DNA of 63,863 nucleotides, filler included, from Phoronis australis (Eukaryota > Animalia > Phoronida): the NCBI GenBank assembly GCA_002633005.1. It is 10 parts of 10 records of this genome, joined end to end, with 100 filler letters (N's around TTAATTAATTAA, not from the genome) between each part and the next. Parts side by side here need not be neighbours in the genome. Positions count along the whole stretch, not along the records: positions 51,627 to 56,253 come from NMRA01002533.1; positions 56,354 to 60,324 come from NMRA01002757.1; positions 60,425 to 62,695 come from NMRA01001473.1; positions 62,796 to 63,863 come from NMRA01003945.1; 6 more parts are not named here. One strand, 5' to 3'. Position 1 is the stretch's first letter; every line of letters begins with the position of its first letter. Below are positions 52,644 to 63,863 of this stretch, one piece after another. The translations under genes and the position numbers were made by a program. Below the pieces are notes generated by a model. It was not told where the DNA came from and did no database searches. It saw nothing but the letters and a program-made list of their open reading frames with translations.

Positions 52644-53911
52644 ACTGATAAGTTCTTTTGAAGCCTTGAAATAACTTCTGATTTTTCAAAGGTAGAATTT
52701 GACACTAATTTCAGAAGGCAAGTGGACTCAACAACAGTTTGTTTTGTGTGATGGATTATCACAAATATCTCTTACTTTCAACTCCTAACGACAGCAATTT
52801 CTAAATCCAGATATCAATCTAGTACATTGTTAAGCATTTAATGTGCAGTCTTTTTTGGTCCTGCGTAACAACTTGTACGCCTGTTACCTATCACTGCGAA
52901 TGCCATGACTGGGAGATGCTGGTCAGCAAACCACCACACACCATTTTTGAATGATTTTTGTCCCATTCCTTCTGGTAAAATGATCCCTGAGCCTAACTTT
53001 TCATAAGAAATTCAATTTCATAAGTCAAACGTTTAGAAGATGTTTTAAGTGCTGTTTACACTACAAAAGTTGACTCGGATCAGCTGACACGGAACGAACT
53101 GTTCCAGTGTGTAAACAACACTGACATGGAACAAATGGACACTGCAGTGACTTTTGACACCTGTTTGGTAGGTAGAGCAATTAGCGCTCGAACATCTTGC
53201 TCCGTATCAATTATGTGTCGAAATGCGTAACTGGGGCAAGGCGGAAAGGATCATCTCTACTGCGCTTACCTAATGACTTACGTACGGGTTTTTTTTCTCT
53301 GCAACTCTCGTCATTTGTAAACCTGTGCATGTGCGATCCAGTCTCTCCAGCCTGCAATTTCCTTCTTGCCACAGTTAGTGAGTTGTATGTGTAAACGGAC
53401 GCTTGACGATGAATATGTTCTGTGTCAGTTGCGCCGGGCCAAAAGTTGATGTCTAAACGGGACTTTAAGTTTTATTATATGGTATTTCTTAGCCAGTGTT
53501 AATACTGCTGTAAGGTCTTGTGCAATAATTGTACTGCTTCACAAAAGAAACTTTAGATCAATGCTCATGATGACATCAGCTGTTATGTGTACTAAACTTT
53601 TGACAAAGAAGGCCTCATGAAATGGGCAAAGTATCTTGTGCAGGTTCATAGCTGCTTTAACTAATATTAAGTTATACAATGGACAAAATACAAAAGTAAC
53701 ACCAAATTTAAGACACACATGTGCAAGACATAGTCACCTGTGCCTACGAGTGAAGGTTTGGCGCATGAACTTTTATGAAAAACACTTGAGTAAAACAATT
53801 CAAATCAAAAATAAATTAATTTCTGGACAGTTACTTGTCGTAAAACAATTTCATTGGACAGAAATTGTACTGTTTTGATCATTAAGGCACATGGACTTTA
53901 TTTATTTATTT

Positions 53912-54004
53912 GATGGCCCTCTTGGAAAGCAGTGCTATCACTGAAGAGGCCACCGTCATTTTAAATATCACAATAATAAATAAATAATAAATAAATAAAT
54001 AAAT
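53912..54004 (+). mobile_element. Probable 3' tail of a CR1/L2-type LINE or SINE: stem-loop plus (AAAT)n
   Basis: The hairpin cctctt..cagtg(ctat)cactg-aagagg is followed by an AAAT microsatellite. Confidence 0.4.
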
Positions 54005-54449
54005 ATGTGCTTAGAAGGTGAAATACGAATAAGTGGCGAATATATCTCATTTGAACAGGGGAAGTAGGACAAATCAACATCTTGTTGCATAATCGGGTAT
54101 TACATGGGCTTGTAGCTTTTCTTCTGATAATGCAGCATGATGCCTTACTCCTGGGTATTTAAGCAGGTTAGCTCCTATTGAGATTTGGATCCCTTAGGTA
54201 ATTGTGGGCCTCTCTGAAATTCCTGCTCACCTTTTCCCCTAATTCTATATACGCATCCTTCAGTTACACAAAGTGGAGACTTCCCAAAGGTGATCTTTAA
54301 ATTACTATCCTTGAAGAGATGAATATGGTTGTATGTAAGTCCCCAGATTTAAGTTGAATGTTGCACATTGGGGTACACGATTTTGTTAGTCAATATGAAC
54401 TGTGATATGTGACTCATATCTTATTACCCTTGTGGTGTTTCTTCTGCAG

Positions 54450-54646
54450 ACCCGTGTCCGTGCCCACTTCAGCTACGACCCTCATGATGACCCAGACATT
54501 CCCTGCAAAGAAGCTGGTCTTGCATTCTGCAAAGGTGATGTTCTACACATCGTTAATGCAGGTGATGCCAACTGGTGGCAGGCCCGAATGGAAGGGAATC
54601 GTTATCTCAGAGCAGGACTGGTGCCTGGCAAACTGTTGCAAGAAAG
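54450..54646 (+). CDS. SH3-domain exon of a p55-subfamily MAGUK (MPP7/MPP3-like; MPP5 not excluded)
   Basis: cttctgcag|ACC...GAAAG|gtagtt encodes TRVRAHFSYDPHDDPDIPCKEAGLAFCKGDVLHIVNAGDANWWQARMEGNRYLRAGLVPGKLLQE, with the IPCKEAGL insert typical of MPP SH3 domains. Confidence 0.93.
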
Positions 54647-54837
54647 GTAGTTGTTACTAGTAGGAAGACTAATGTTAATAGAGTGCCATTGGTGATGGGA
54701 TAATGGATTGTAAAGGTATTGGTGATAAAGCAAGTGTACTAATGCTGACAGGGATTATGGTGTAACTTAACCTAGGTTGTATGCTTGTGCGCTGATGACC
54801 GACTCTGACTATAGCCATCATGTCGTCATTGACTAAT

Positions 54838-54913
54838 TAATGATTGTGGTGATGGGTGATGATGGTTATGATGATGACAGTGGTGGTGGTGATGGTGATA
54901 GTGATGACGACGA
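54838..54913. repeat. Degenerate (GAT/GGT)n microsatellite
   Basis: Runs of tgatgatggtgatg. Confidence 0.8.
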
Positions 54914-56237
54914 TAAAAGGTATGTTGTGTTTACTGTAGAGATGTCCCTCTAAAAACAGTTGAGAAAAAGCGGAGATTGTAATACTGGTCAAGCATGGGA
55001 AGTGAAAGTGAGTTGACATCTCCATTGTTCCCGTTGTTAAGGGTATAATAAAGATGCTGACAAGCATTTATCGGTAACGGTTGGTAACACCCAAGGTACT
55101 ATATCCATGCAATCTGTGTTGTTATATCCAACTATGATGCAACAAAGGACAAAAATGTTACAACCGATAGGCCATAACCATGCGACTAGTTTCCATGGAC
55201 AGTAGTGGAGTTTGCCTAAGTGTGTATAATATTGTCGTTCGAAAGCCAGGATTTAGCCGTTAAAACAAGATTTCTGTGGCCTTATTTTTAAATTGTAGGA
55301 AAAATTGTAGTTATCAGCCACTAAACTTATTATTCATTTGATATCATGATGCATTACATGAACATTTGATCAACAGAAAACCTGATTTGAATATGTGTGA
55401 AGAAACCTCCATGAGAAAATTACATGGTATAGCAACTATAAAATCAAAGTAACCTACATTTGTGGAGTTCATGTCTTTAACTCTGTTCATTGGGGGGTGG
55501 ACATAATCGACTTTTTACAATGGAGCCATGTATGGTATCTGGGAGTACTATAGTCTTAGGTCACGCTGGAATGTTGAGAAACCTTCAGGCGGAACAAACT
55601 TGATTGAAAAATATCAAAAAACATTAAAATCACACTGATTGTACATGATGGACCACCGATCTCAGATTTTTGAAAATTTCTCATTTTAGTACATTTGAGG
55701 TGCCAAAGTGTATAACTAATAAACTAGCTGACAATGTTTTTATTTAATGCGATGAAAGTAACATGATTTGTCAATATTTTGGCCAAGTTTCATTCTCATA
55801 GCAGTGTGGGCAGATTTGGTATAGCAGTGTACTAAACATAACCTCAAAATGGGATAACGGGGATAGTGTAGTGAAACTACTGGAGGGTGGTAAATGGGTA
55901 TCCCCCACCTTGTCGCTGGATGACTGGTGCTCTCGTGGACTTAATTGTACCAAAAAAGTTTTTACTTTTGGAAAATATTATTTGTCGCAATGTCTCAGGA
56001 ACCTTTTGATTTTTGTGCGCTTGTCAATACATCTTTGGTTGCATATTGTCATTTAGCATCTGCTGTTATACCTCCAAAACCCGTGGAAGATTTTGAAGAA
56101 AGTTGGCAGGTGTGTGGACACAACAACAAATGATGGTGACTTTTAGGCAGATCTGAATACTCTTATGCTCTGTACTGGCAATCTTTGTGGTGAATGTCAT
56201 CTGTGACTGGAATGACGTACTTGTTTATTTACTTTAG

Positions 56238-56253
56238 GAGAGAAGCAGCCCGC
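56238..56253 (+). CDS. Start of the next MAGUK exon (HOOK region), cut by a gap
   Basis: tttactttag|G AGA GAA GCA GCC CGC completes the phase-2 codon, giving LQERREAAR. Confidence 0.75.
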
Positions 56254-57981
56254 NNNNNNNNNNNNNNNNNNNNNNNNNNNNNNNNNNNNNNNNNNNNTTA
56301 ATTAATTAANNNNNNNNNNNNNNNNNNNNNNNNNNNNNNNNNNNNNNNNNNNNATCTGTTCCTTGTGCTTGTATCCACCACTGTCACCAGCATTGTGTAA
56401 AAGTAGTAAAACATTAAGGTTAGACAATAAAAACCAGTCTGCACAGAATCTCCTTCCCGGATATGCATGGAATCAAAATTGATATTGAACAAATGTTTGA
56501 GTATCTTTCATTCAGTTGATGGCTTGATCACATCAAATTTTCATGCCTGGTGACTTGGCACCAAATATCGCAAAAGAAACCGCAAACTCACAAAGTCCGT
56601 GAAGTTGCTGTGTGATGCCAGACAACCTTTGCAATGCTTACATCCAGGTTTTTGACGGATGTTCCCGAGGCAGTTCCGAAGTCAATGTGCATGAAGCTCT
56701 TTCCTCCCACAAATATTAACTTAAATCGGATAGCATTTTAATATCATTGACAAAAACAATGCTACACTGCCTAAACATATAAATAGAGTCTGTCCTTTGT
56801 GTCGAAAACAAGTTGTTGGCATTTGTTTATGGCATTTGCCGAGAGCCATTTTCCTGCAATGATGAACGCATTGCATACATCAAAAATAGTTTAATCAGAA
56901 CGTATTACGTATATTAATATCACATAAAAAGAAGTGACCCTGAAATTGAGAGTTTTATACTTGTTTTAGAAATTTCGTTTTCATCGTCAAAAGACAATGT
57001 GATCAAGAGAAGATAATGTGAGGTTTATGCACTCCCAGTCTGCAGCATTGGGACAATTAAAGTTTGGAGATCACTAGGCTCGGCTCGGCAAAGTCCAGCC
57101 TTTACGTTTGTCATGTTTGAGTCATTGGGAGATTCGAATACCTTTGAACAGTCTGTTGGGAAAGTGCTTCCACCGCTAAGTTTTAACACCGTAGAGTCAG
57201 TATTTAGAAAGTTATGGTTATGGCTTCAGGTCAGCGTCTTTGTTCTTTTCAAACTGTCTGTTTAAATGTACATGATTTTTGCTACATTTTAAAATGCAGT
57301 TGTCAACATTTCAAGGTGGTCAGTGAATGGGGTGGAGTGACTGAAAACAATGTCTTAAGAAACAGTATCTTGAAACTTACTGAAAAATAAGAATAAATGT
57401 TGTTTGATATATTTGAATGAAGGACTGTTAAGACAAAGTATACTAATTGTTCGAAGCTACCATCTGCCTTTCAGTGTCATCTGAAATTTAATAAGAAATG
57501 CTTTGATGAAGTCCAAGTGGGACAAAATTTTGTCTGTTTATGATACAACAGGAGGTATAATCATCAAGTTTATAATTTCTAATACAATTGATCCAGCAAC
57601 CAAATCAACTGGCTGTTGCTTTTGGTAGGAGGTTGCTATAGATCCTTATTTACTTGTCCGTGTTCAAAAAGTGTCTGCTGCTGCCAGCCACATTTTTTCT
57701 AACAATGTCAAGACTGATTTTTGTCCCACAAACGTACTATTCATTGTTTAAGTAGGGGTATAAGTCGGTATTGAACACCAAACAATCATAATCATAGTGT
57801 GTGAAATTAGTAATCACTAAATCAAGTTTGGATGATGGAACAGGATCATTTGTTAATCAGGTGAAAAAGACATGTTCCAGTGAAAATTTGCAACTGTTCA
57901 TGGACAAGGTACATTGGATCTGTCTTTTTACATTGCACACGTATGAAGTCGGTGATTAAAAATTGTGTGTTATTTGTGAAG

Positions 57982-58099
57982 GGCGACGAAGTGAACCCTA
58001 AAGCCTTCCCATTGGCTGACCCTGACCTGACCGTGACAATCCTAGCTCTTGTCCAGCAGGCCTGCAACTACAAGCAGTTGCGTAAAGGTGCAAACGAAG
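57982..58099 (+). CDS. SNU13: SNU13/NHP2L1 (15.5K K-turn-binding protein) coding exon
   Basis: Encodes GDEVNPKAFPLADPDLTVTILALVQQACNYKQLRKGANE; donor is G|gtatgg. The ATG-bearing exon was not located. Confidence 0.95.
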
Positions 58100-58494
58100 G
58101 TATGGCTTTCAGTGGTCTTGAATTGATATCGCGGAATGAAAATCATTTTATAGCTCTTGATTTGTGAAAAGCTACTCTAGAGTGTGTGAGGTTTGAAATG
58201 CCATCACTATGTTTTGCCAAGTGATGAGTAAAGAAAACAATCTCACCATCGTTTTTGCTCTTCTCAGGGAGATTTTCTTTTTTGAAAAAGTAAGCTTCTG
58301 AAAAAAGAGTGCACCACCGACTCAATTTTCAACAAACAGCGACCACAACCAATTAAACTTTCTGGCTTAAACTGATGACTTAATGACACGTTTATGCAAT
58401 AAGTTGAAAGTAAGTGCACTTGGAATCAGTAAATCAGGGATGTTGAAATTTTTAGCATATTCCTAATTGTTGACGCTTCTGAATTCACTTGCAG

Positions 58495-58598
58495 TGACAA
58501 AGACATTGAACAGGGGTATATCGGAGTTCATCGTCATGGCTGCCGACACGGAACCTCTGGAGATCCTGATGCATTTGCCACTGTTGTGTGAGGATAAG
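58495..58598 (+). CDS. SNU13: SNU13 coding exon
   Basis: cacttgcag|TG...AAG|gtagat encodes [35 protein letters not shown]; the phase matches the previous exon. Confidence 0.96.
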
Positions 58599-60002
58599 GT
58601 AGATTCTAATATCGTCAGTAACTCGAGACTTTAATTTCGCCATCTCTTTGTAGGTTAGCATGGTTTTGTGTGGGCAAAAATTGAAATGTTGTTAATATCT
58701 TACTCTTCCATTCTGCTTAGTCAAGGAAACAATTATCATTAGACATCATTTCACTTGCCTAACATATCTGCATAATTTTACTATTAAAATAAAAAGCACG
58801 TGACTGTATGCAGCTCTATTTCAATCATTTGTCTTGTAGAGTAAGAAACCCTCGGGCTTTTCGAACTTGACTGACAATTTAATTAAACATTGCTTAGAGG
58901 TTTCCATGTGTGTCGTATTTGAATACAAAAAGGAGAGCTCTGATTGGTCATTATGGTGAATTATGTGTGGCTTTGTGCCAGTGTGAATTCTTATCCTTCA
59001 CATAGTTAAATAAAGAAAACTAGCGCCACCTGAGGGCTGCATTTTGCACTTGTCTTCTTTAAGCCTCCTTGTTGTTCTGGTCAAAGCAATGTTGGTATCC
59101 CACCGTCCAGATATGTCTTAAGAGTGTTTTCCTTTCAAATCAATTTGTATCAACAATTTGATCGGTTTTAACTTGTTTATGTCAAAATAACAGCAATTCT
59201 TTACTTGCCACAATTGTCAATTTTTCAGTTTTAAAAGGCTGATTAGATTCAGATGAAGAAAACTTTGCCAAATATTGGTCTGTGGTGTCCAAATAGAGCA
59301 ATGTAAGCTGTTACAGGGCTTGGGAATTTTCCTCTTTTTTGTTTCAGTTTTGTCTTATTTGATTTCCAGTTTCCTCTTTTTTCAAGTCTTTTTATCATTT
59401 TTTACTTTATTCATGCAAAATCATTTCAGTTAAATTTTACAACACAGAAAATATTTCTATCACACAAGCCTAATCATTTGTGGAACAATACATCACCTGG
59501 TAAATTTTCCTCTTTTTTGTCACTGGTCATTCCAAGCCATGCTATAAGTACTGGAAAATTTTGTTAATGTTTATTTGTTACAATGTAGCAAATATGACTA
59601 AGTGTCTTTGTGGTCAGCGGATCCTTCGCGTCATTCACGGAGTCTCCATAAGCATTAATTTGTATTAATTGCATTTTTGTCCTAACCTGAATAAAGTGTA
59701 TTACCACCACCACTACCACCACCACAACCACCACCATTTCACGTACCTAAAAAGTGTAATAATCAAATTCCTAAAAAATGTGTATTGTTCCACCCATAGA
59801 CATCGCCTTTTTGGAAAGGTGTAATATCTATGATGTAACTTTTTCCTCTCTACTGTTAGTTGTAAGAATCATGAATTCAAAATTTACCCCTCAAATAGCA
59901 TTTTCTCATAATCGTGTATAGTATCTCTATGTACATCTTTAATGTGTTAATGTTTGTTGCTTTGTAGCTGTTAATAATACCATCTAATAATTTATTTTGC
60001 AG

Positions 60003-60036
60003 AATGTTCCTTATGTGTTTGTTCGATCCAAGCAAG
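60003..60036 (+). CDS. SNU13: SNU13 34-nt coding exon; the remainder is missing from the window
   Basis: ttattttgcag|AAT...CAAG|gtaagt encodes NVPYVFVRSKQ. Confidence 0.93.
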
Positions 60037-60424
60037 GTAAGTACCATTGCTGGCTAAACAATTTCTGTTTGCAGTGTTCATGAATTATTTATACGTGACG
60101 GTAACTTATTGTATGGCTGAAGATCAAGTCGATTTAAATGTGACCTATCGTGTGATTAACAATATGTTTGTTCTTCACTTCCCAAAACGGATTAATATGT
60201 TTGCAATCATAACTGTCGGAACGTGACAATTGCTGTCAACCTGCTCAATTTTTAAGATCGTTAAAGTGATGTACAACTTGAACTCAGAATGCAGCAATTT
60301 TATGGTGAAGCAATTAGCGTCTGGNNNNNNNNNNNNNNNNNNNNNNNNNNNNNNNNNNNNNNNNNNNNTTAATTAATTAANNNNNNNNNNNNNNNNNNNN
60401 NNNNNNNNNNNNNNNNNNNNNNNN

Positions 60425-60578
60425 TCATGAATGGAACATATGTGCCAAATTTCATGAACGTATGTCAAAGGGTTTTGGAGATAGAGCAGCGGACGCCGGA
60501 CGCCGCCCGGACGGACGGACGGACGGACAGAGATGACGGCATAATGCGTCCACATATAAATATGTGGGCACATAAAAA
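60425..60578 (+). mobile_element. End of a Helentron-associated non-autonomous element (DINE-1/HINE-like)
   Basis: A core gtgccaaatttcatg, a (GGAC)n microsatellite, then the terminal hairpin ccacatat-aa-atatgtgg followed by an A-run. Confidence 0.55.
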
Positions 60579-60589
60579 TAATAAAATAA

Positions 60590-60963
60590 TTGCAAACGGT
60601 CTGGTACACATTGCATCTGAGGAGCACAACCCAAGCAGATGGACCCATTACTCTGATCACTATAGGAACCACTTTTATACTCTACAAACAATGATCTGTG
60701 AAGCTTGAGACAACTTAAGGGTCTATCAGTGTGTATCAGTGGAAATGGAATCCATGACTTTGAGTAAAGGAAGCAGACACTTATCCTACACTGCCCTCTC
60801 AGGCAAAACTATGTCACACAAACTCTTCCGTACAGCCAAGTCCAGAATAATATGCCTTGCGCCTGTGGATTCCTTTACAGAGTGGTTTCTCAGGTACACA
60901 CACGAGGGCGCTTTTGAGGTTGATGACTTTTTGGAAACCCCATGGAGGAATAGAACAGCTTAA
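60590..60963 (+). pseudogene. Coding-like frame of about 124 codons with one internal TGA; weak SMI1/KNR4 (FBXO3-like) resemblance
   Basis: The ORFs 60427-60708 and 60739-60963 share one frame, broken only by TGA at 60706. The frame ends in PVDSFTEWFLRY. Confidence 0.3.
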
Positions 60964-62843
60964 TAGAGAGCTGTTTTTCATATTATTGTAACTATTAACC
61001 ATAGTGGCACCATACAAATTTCTCTTTCAGCAGTATTTACATTCAGCGATCTACAAACAGAATGAAGCAGGCATAAAACAGACATCTAAGTGTTTTTTTT
61101 GGTAATACCAGAAATTAAAGCAAAAATTTCCTGTATAAAAGTCTACGCTGGTGTTACTCTTACCGACATATTTCAGTAGAAAACGAGTACAAAACATCAT
61201 CTGTTGTTACAAATGGGTGACACAAAGTTCCATCTGAAATTGAGGAAAGAAATAGGAGTGTAGCATATTAGTACACAACAATTCAAAATCCAACAAAAAT
61301 GTTTTTGTACATGTGACAAAAAATGGCTAGATTAACAAACCTGGGCCCATTACAAGAATGACTTAGCTAACTAGACAAATCTTAAAATTAAATCAATTTT
61401 AAGATAAAATTCCAATATGTATTAGGTCCCTTCCAAGAAAGTGATCTCTTAAGTTTGATGTCAGTTTTGGATTTAAGTTCAACTTACTTCTACCGGATGT
61501 GGAACTTAAAAAGTTTAGAAGTTAAGACAAATCCTAAACTTAAATCAAAAAATTAAATTAATTAGTCACTTTCATGGAACTTGTCCTCTAGCTCTTGGAC
61601 AAAATAGCATTATTTGGGAATTCATTTAGACATCACATGCTGATAAAAACGAGGTTAAAAAATTTCATGTTTGAAAATATTTCTGCCTCAACCGCAGCAT
61701 TGAAAATCAAAGGGTACTGAGATTTTTACTTAACTTAAAAAACAAATCACTGTCGCACAACAAAGTACCATAATGCTAAACTCCATTCAAAATTTGTTTT
61801 CGCTTATTGTACAGCACCATAACTTGATAATACACTGTATATGAAAAACTTAATTCAGCGTAAATAACAGCAAAAGTACTTGACCATACATCAAAATCTG
61901 AGTTCACTGAACGACAAAGTCGGTAAGTTTATTTCTTGTAATAAGGAACCTGGCCTACGATGTAAATAAAAAAATAAAATGACAAAATATTGACAGAGGT
62001 AAAAAATCCTTAATTTTACTGGTCGTATCAAGTAATTTGGACAAATTAGTGACTATACGCTATCACTAAAAATGTAAATAACTACATGATGATTAACAGA
62101 TACGAAATTAAAAAAGGGCTTTTTTCAATAAGAGTTGGTGAAGTATTTATTTTTACAACAAATTCAGGGTTCTAAATTGAAATCGTAATTCAAAACTAAA
62201 AAAGTTTAAGAGGCAGTCCATATAAAAACCAGTAGATTTTCAAAAATCAGTCTATACGTCAAAATTTAAAACAACTTCATTTTTTGTACATGAGTAGGTA
62301 TCCTAACAAAAACCCAAATGCCAAATTTTGTGCACTCAATGACCCCTAATTTCGCCGCTGGAGCATGATGACACAATTTGGCACAATTGGGCATATTAGC
62401 CGTCTCAAAAATTGCATGTTTTCAGCAACAAAAATGAGTAACATACAAAATAGATCAAAAGCTATATTTTGGTGGCTGAAATAACCAACGTATACTGTGC
62501 ATAAATCTGTGCCATTTATTAAAATCTAACAGTTTTGTGCTAGACAGGGGAGATAATCCATAGACCACTTTTTGGGGCTAATTTTAGTGGCCATTTTTGT
62601 GACCTTCTTACTGCCATAAAACACCTTGTAGCCTTATGTGACGTTTTGAACATACAGTTAAAGAGTTAGTCTTGATGACTGAGCAATAAAAAATCNNNNN
62701 NNNNNNNNNNNNNNNNNNNNNNNNNNNNNNNNNNNNNNNTTAATTAATTAANNNNNNNNNNNNNNNNNNNNNNNNNNNNNNNNNNNNNNNNNNNNAGGTG
62801 TGCATACCTCGCCATGGTCTTGTTTTTTGTCTCAGATTCATAA

Positions 62844-62987
62844 TACATGGGCGGCGCAGCACTGAAATAATAGGGAGACTATAGCCCTTGTGCGCCGCCC
62901 ATGTACGTCAGTATTATGACGGTCCATGGGCGGCGCAGTACTGAAATGATTAAGTGGGGGTGGGGGCTACGGTGTGCCGCCCATGTA
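62844..62987. mobile_element. Two adjacent about 60-bp hairpin mini-MITEs
   Basis: tacatgggcggcgca / tgcgccgcccatgta is a perfect 15-bp IR (62844-62905). catgggcggcgca / tgtgccgcccatg spans 62925-62985. Confidence 0.75.
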
Positions 62988-63301
62988 ATAGCATGGTAGA
63001 ATTTTTGATATGGCTAACTAAACGAGTTGCAATTCCTAACGTTGCACTTTAAACAGCCACACCAGTGTCAACTGACCGCTGTTCATTGCCACCGTTCTAT
63101 AAATTAGAATCAGCGGTATTCCAATTTACTACTTGGTAATTTGACTTAATTGCGATAACTATTGGTGTGGACGGATACGGTATCTTAACCCGACGGTGAA
63201 AATGAAACGTTAGAATCCGTATAGCGGCGCAGCGTCCTAACGACCGTCAATATAAAAAGGCCAGAGTGCCAACACGAAAAAGGATAGTAGCTGCCAGAAG
63301 G

Positions 63302-63460
63302 CAGTGGTGGATTTGGAGGGGACCGGACTAAGAGGGCCATACCCCCTCAAATTCTTCCAGATTCCATTCGGCAGTTCGGGGGTGCGAATGTCTTACGGGC
63401 AAAACCCTGGCTATTACTCTGCCCCCCCCCACGCAGCTCAAAATCCTGGATCCGCCTCTG
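63302..63460. mobile_element. hAT-type MITE
   Basis: TIRs cagtggtggatt / gatccgcctctg; gaagg lies on both flanks. Confidence 0.65.
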
Positions 63461-63863
63461 GAAGGCATCACATTTTGCGCTGTGTCAAAATTCGAGTCAG
63501 CTGCTCATGTTAGATGAGAACGAAGAGGAATTCGGAGTAAAAGTTATGAATTGCCTCATTACTGTCGGTCAACACCACTGACCCAAACCCTTCTGCACGT
63601 GACGCGGGGAGTGTTAAATGAACAGAATTAAATTCCTTGTTTGCTACCAGGTGGTGTGATTGATGGGTTTGACCTTAAATGACGTCATGGAAACCTCTAG
63701 CTAAAAGGCATGTTTTGCTATTATTTGGCGTGTTCCTGTTCATTTAACTTCTAGAAATCTTTCCGCCTCACAAATAACGTTTACCAGTTTTTACTGGAAT
63801 GAACAATGGATAGTTGCTAAGGATGTCGCGCTGTTAATGTGCTGAAAATGCACGCTCCACTTC

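Noticed and set aside
52323-52762. Overlapping repetitive ORFs (TTCCDMPTLEPALE repeats)
   Set aside because: A by-product of a stop-poor 42-bp minisatellite that is open in several frames on both strands; no splice support.
56238-58099. SNU13 nested within the MAGUK gene
   Set aside because: The two lie on different contigs joined by an artificial linker, and no later MAGUK exons were found.

Overview
AT-rich, repeat-dense animal genomic DNA (spliceosomal GT-AG introns; probably a marine invertebrate, by inference). It is not prokaryotic and shows no CRISPR, rRNA or tRNA. Nine 100-bp artificial linkers (N44-TTAATTAATTAA-N44) and one 478-N gap break the window, so adjacency across them is unproven. 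Host genes: a single-exon divergent 7TM/GPCR-like ORF (32229-33245); an SH3 exon plus the start of the next exon of a p55/MPP-family MAGUK (54450-56253); three coding exons of SNU13/NHP2L1 (57982-60036); and a candidate secreted Cys-rich prepropeptide gene that I assembled from splice signals (46387-48858 and beyond). Transposon content: an Academ-type remnant, an intron-bearing hAT element with related MITEs, a CAC...GTG element with a perfect 5-bp TSD, a THAP fragment, two LINE remnants, a Helentron/DINE-like end, and Penelope-like elements. One Penelope copy has a GIY-YIG ORF followed by a minimal hammerhead ribozyme with a variant core. All family calls come from reading motifs by eye; no searches were run.
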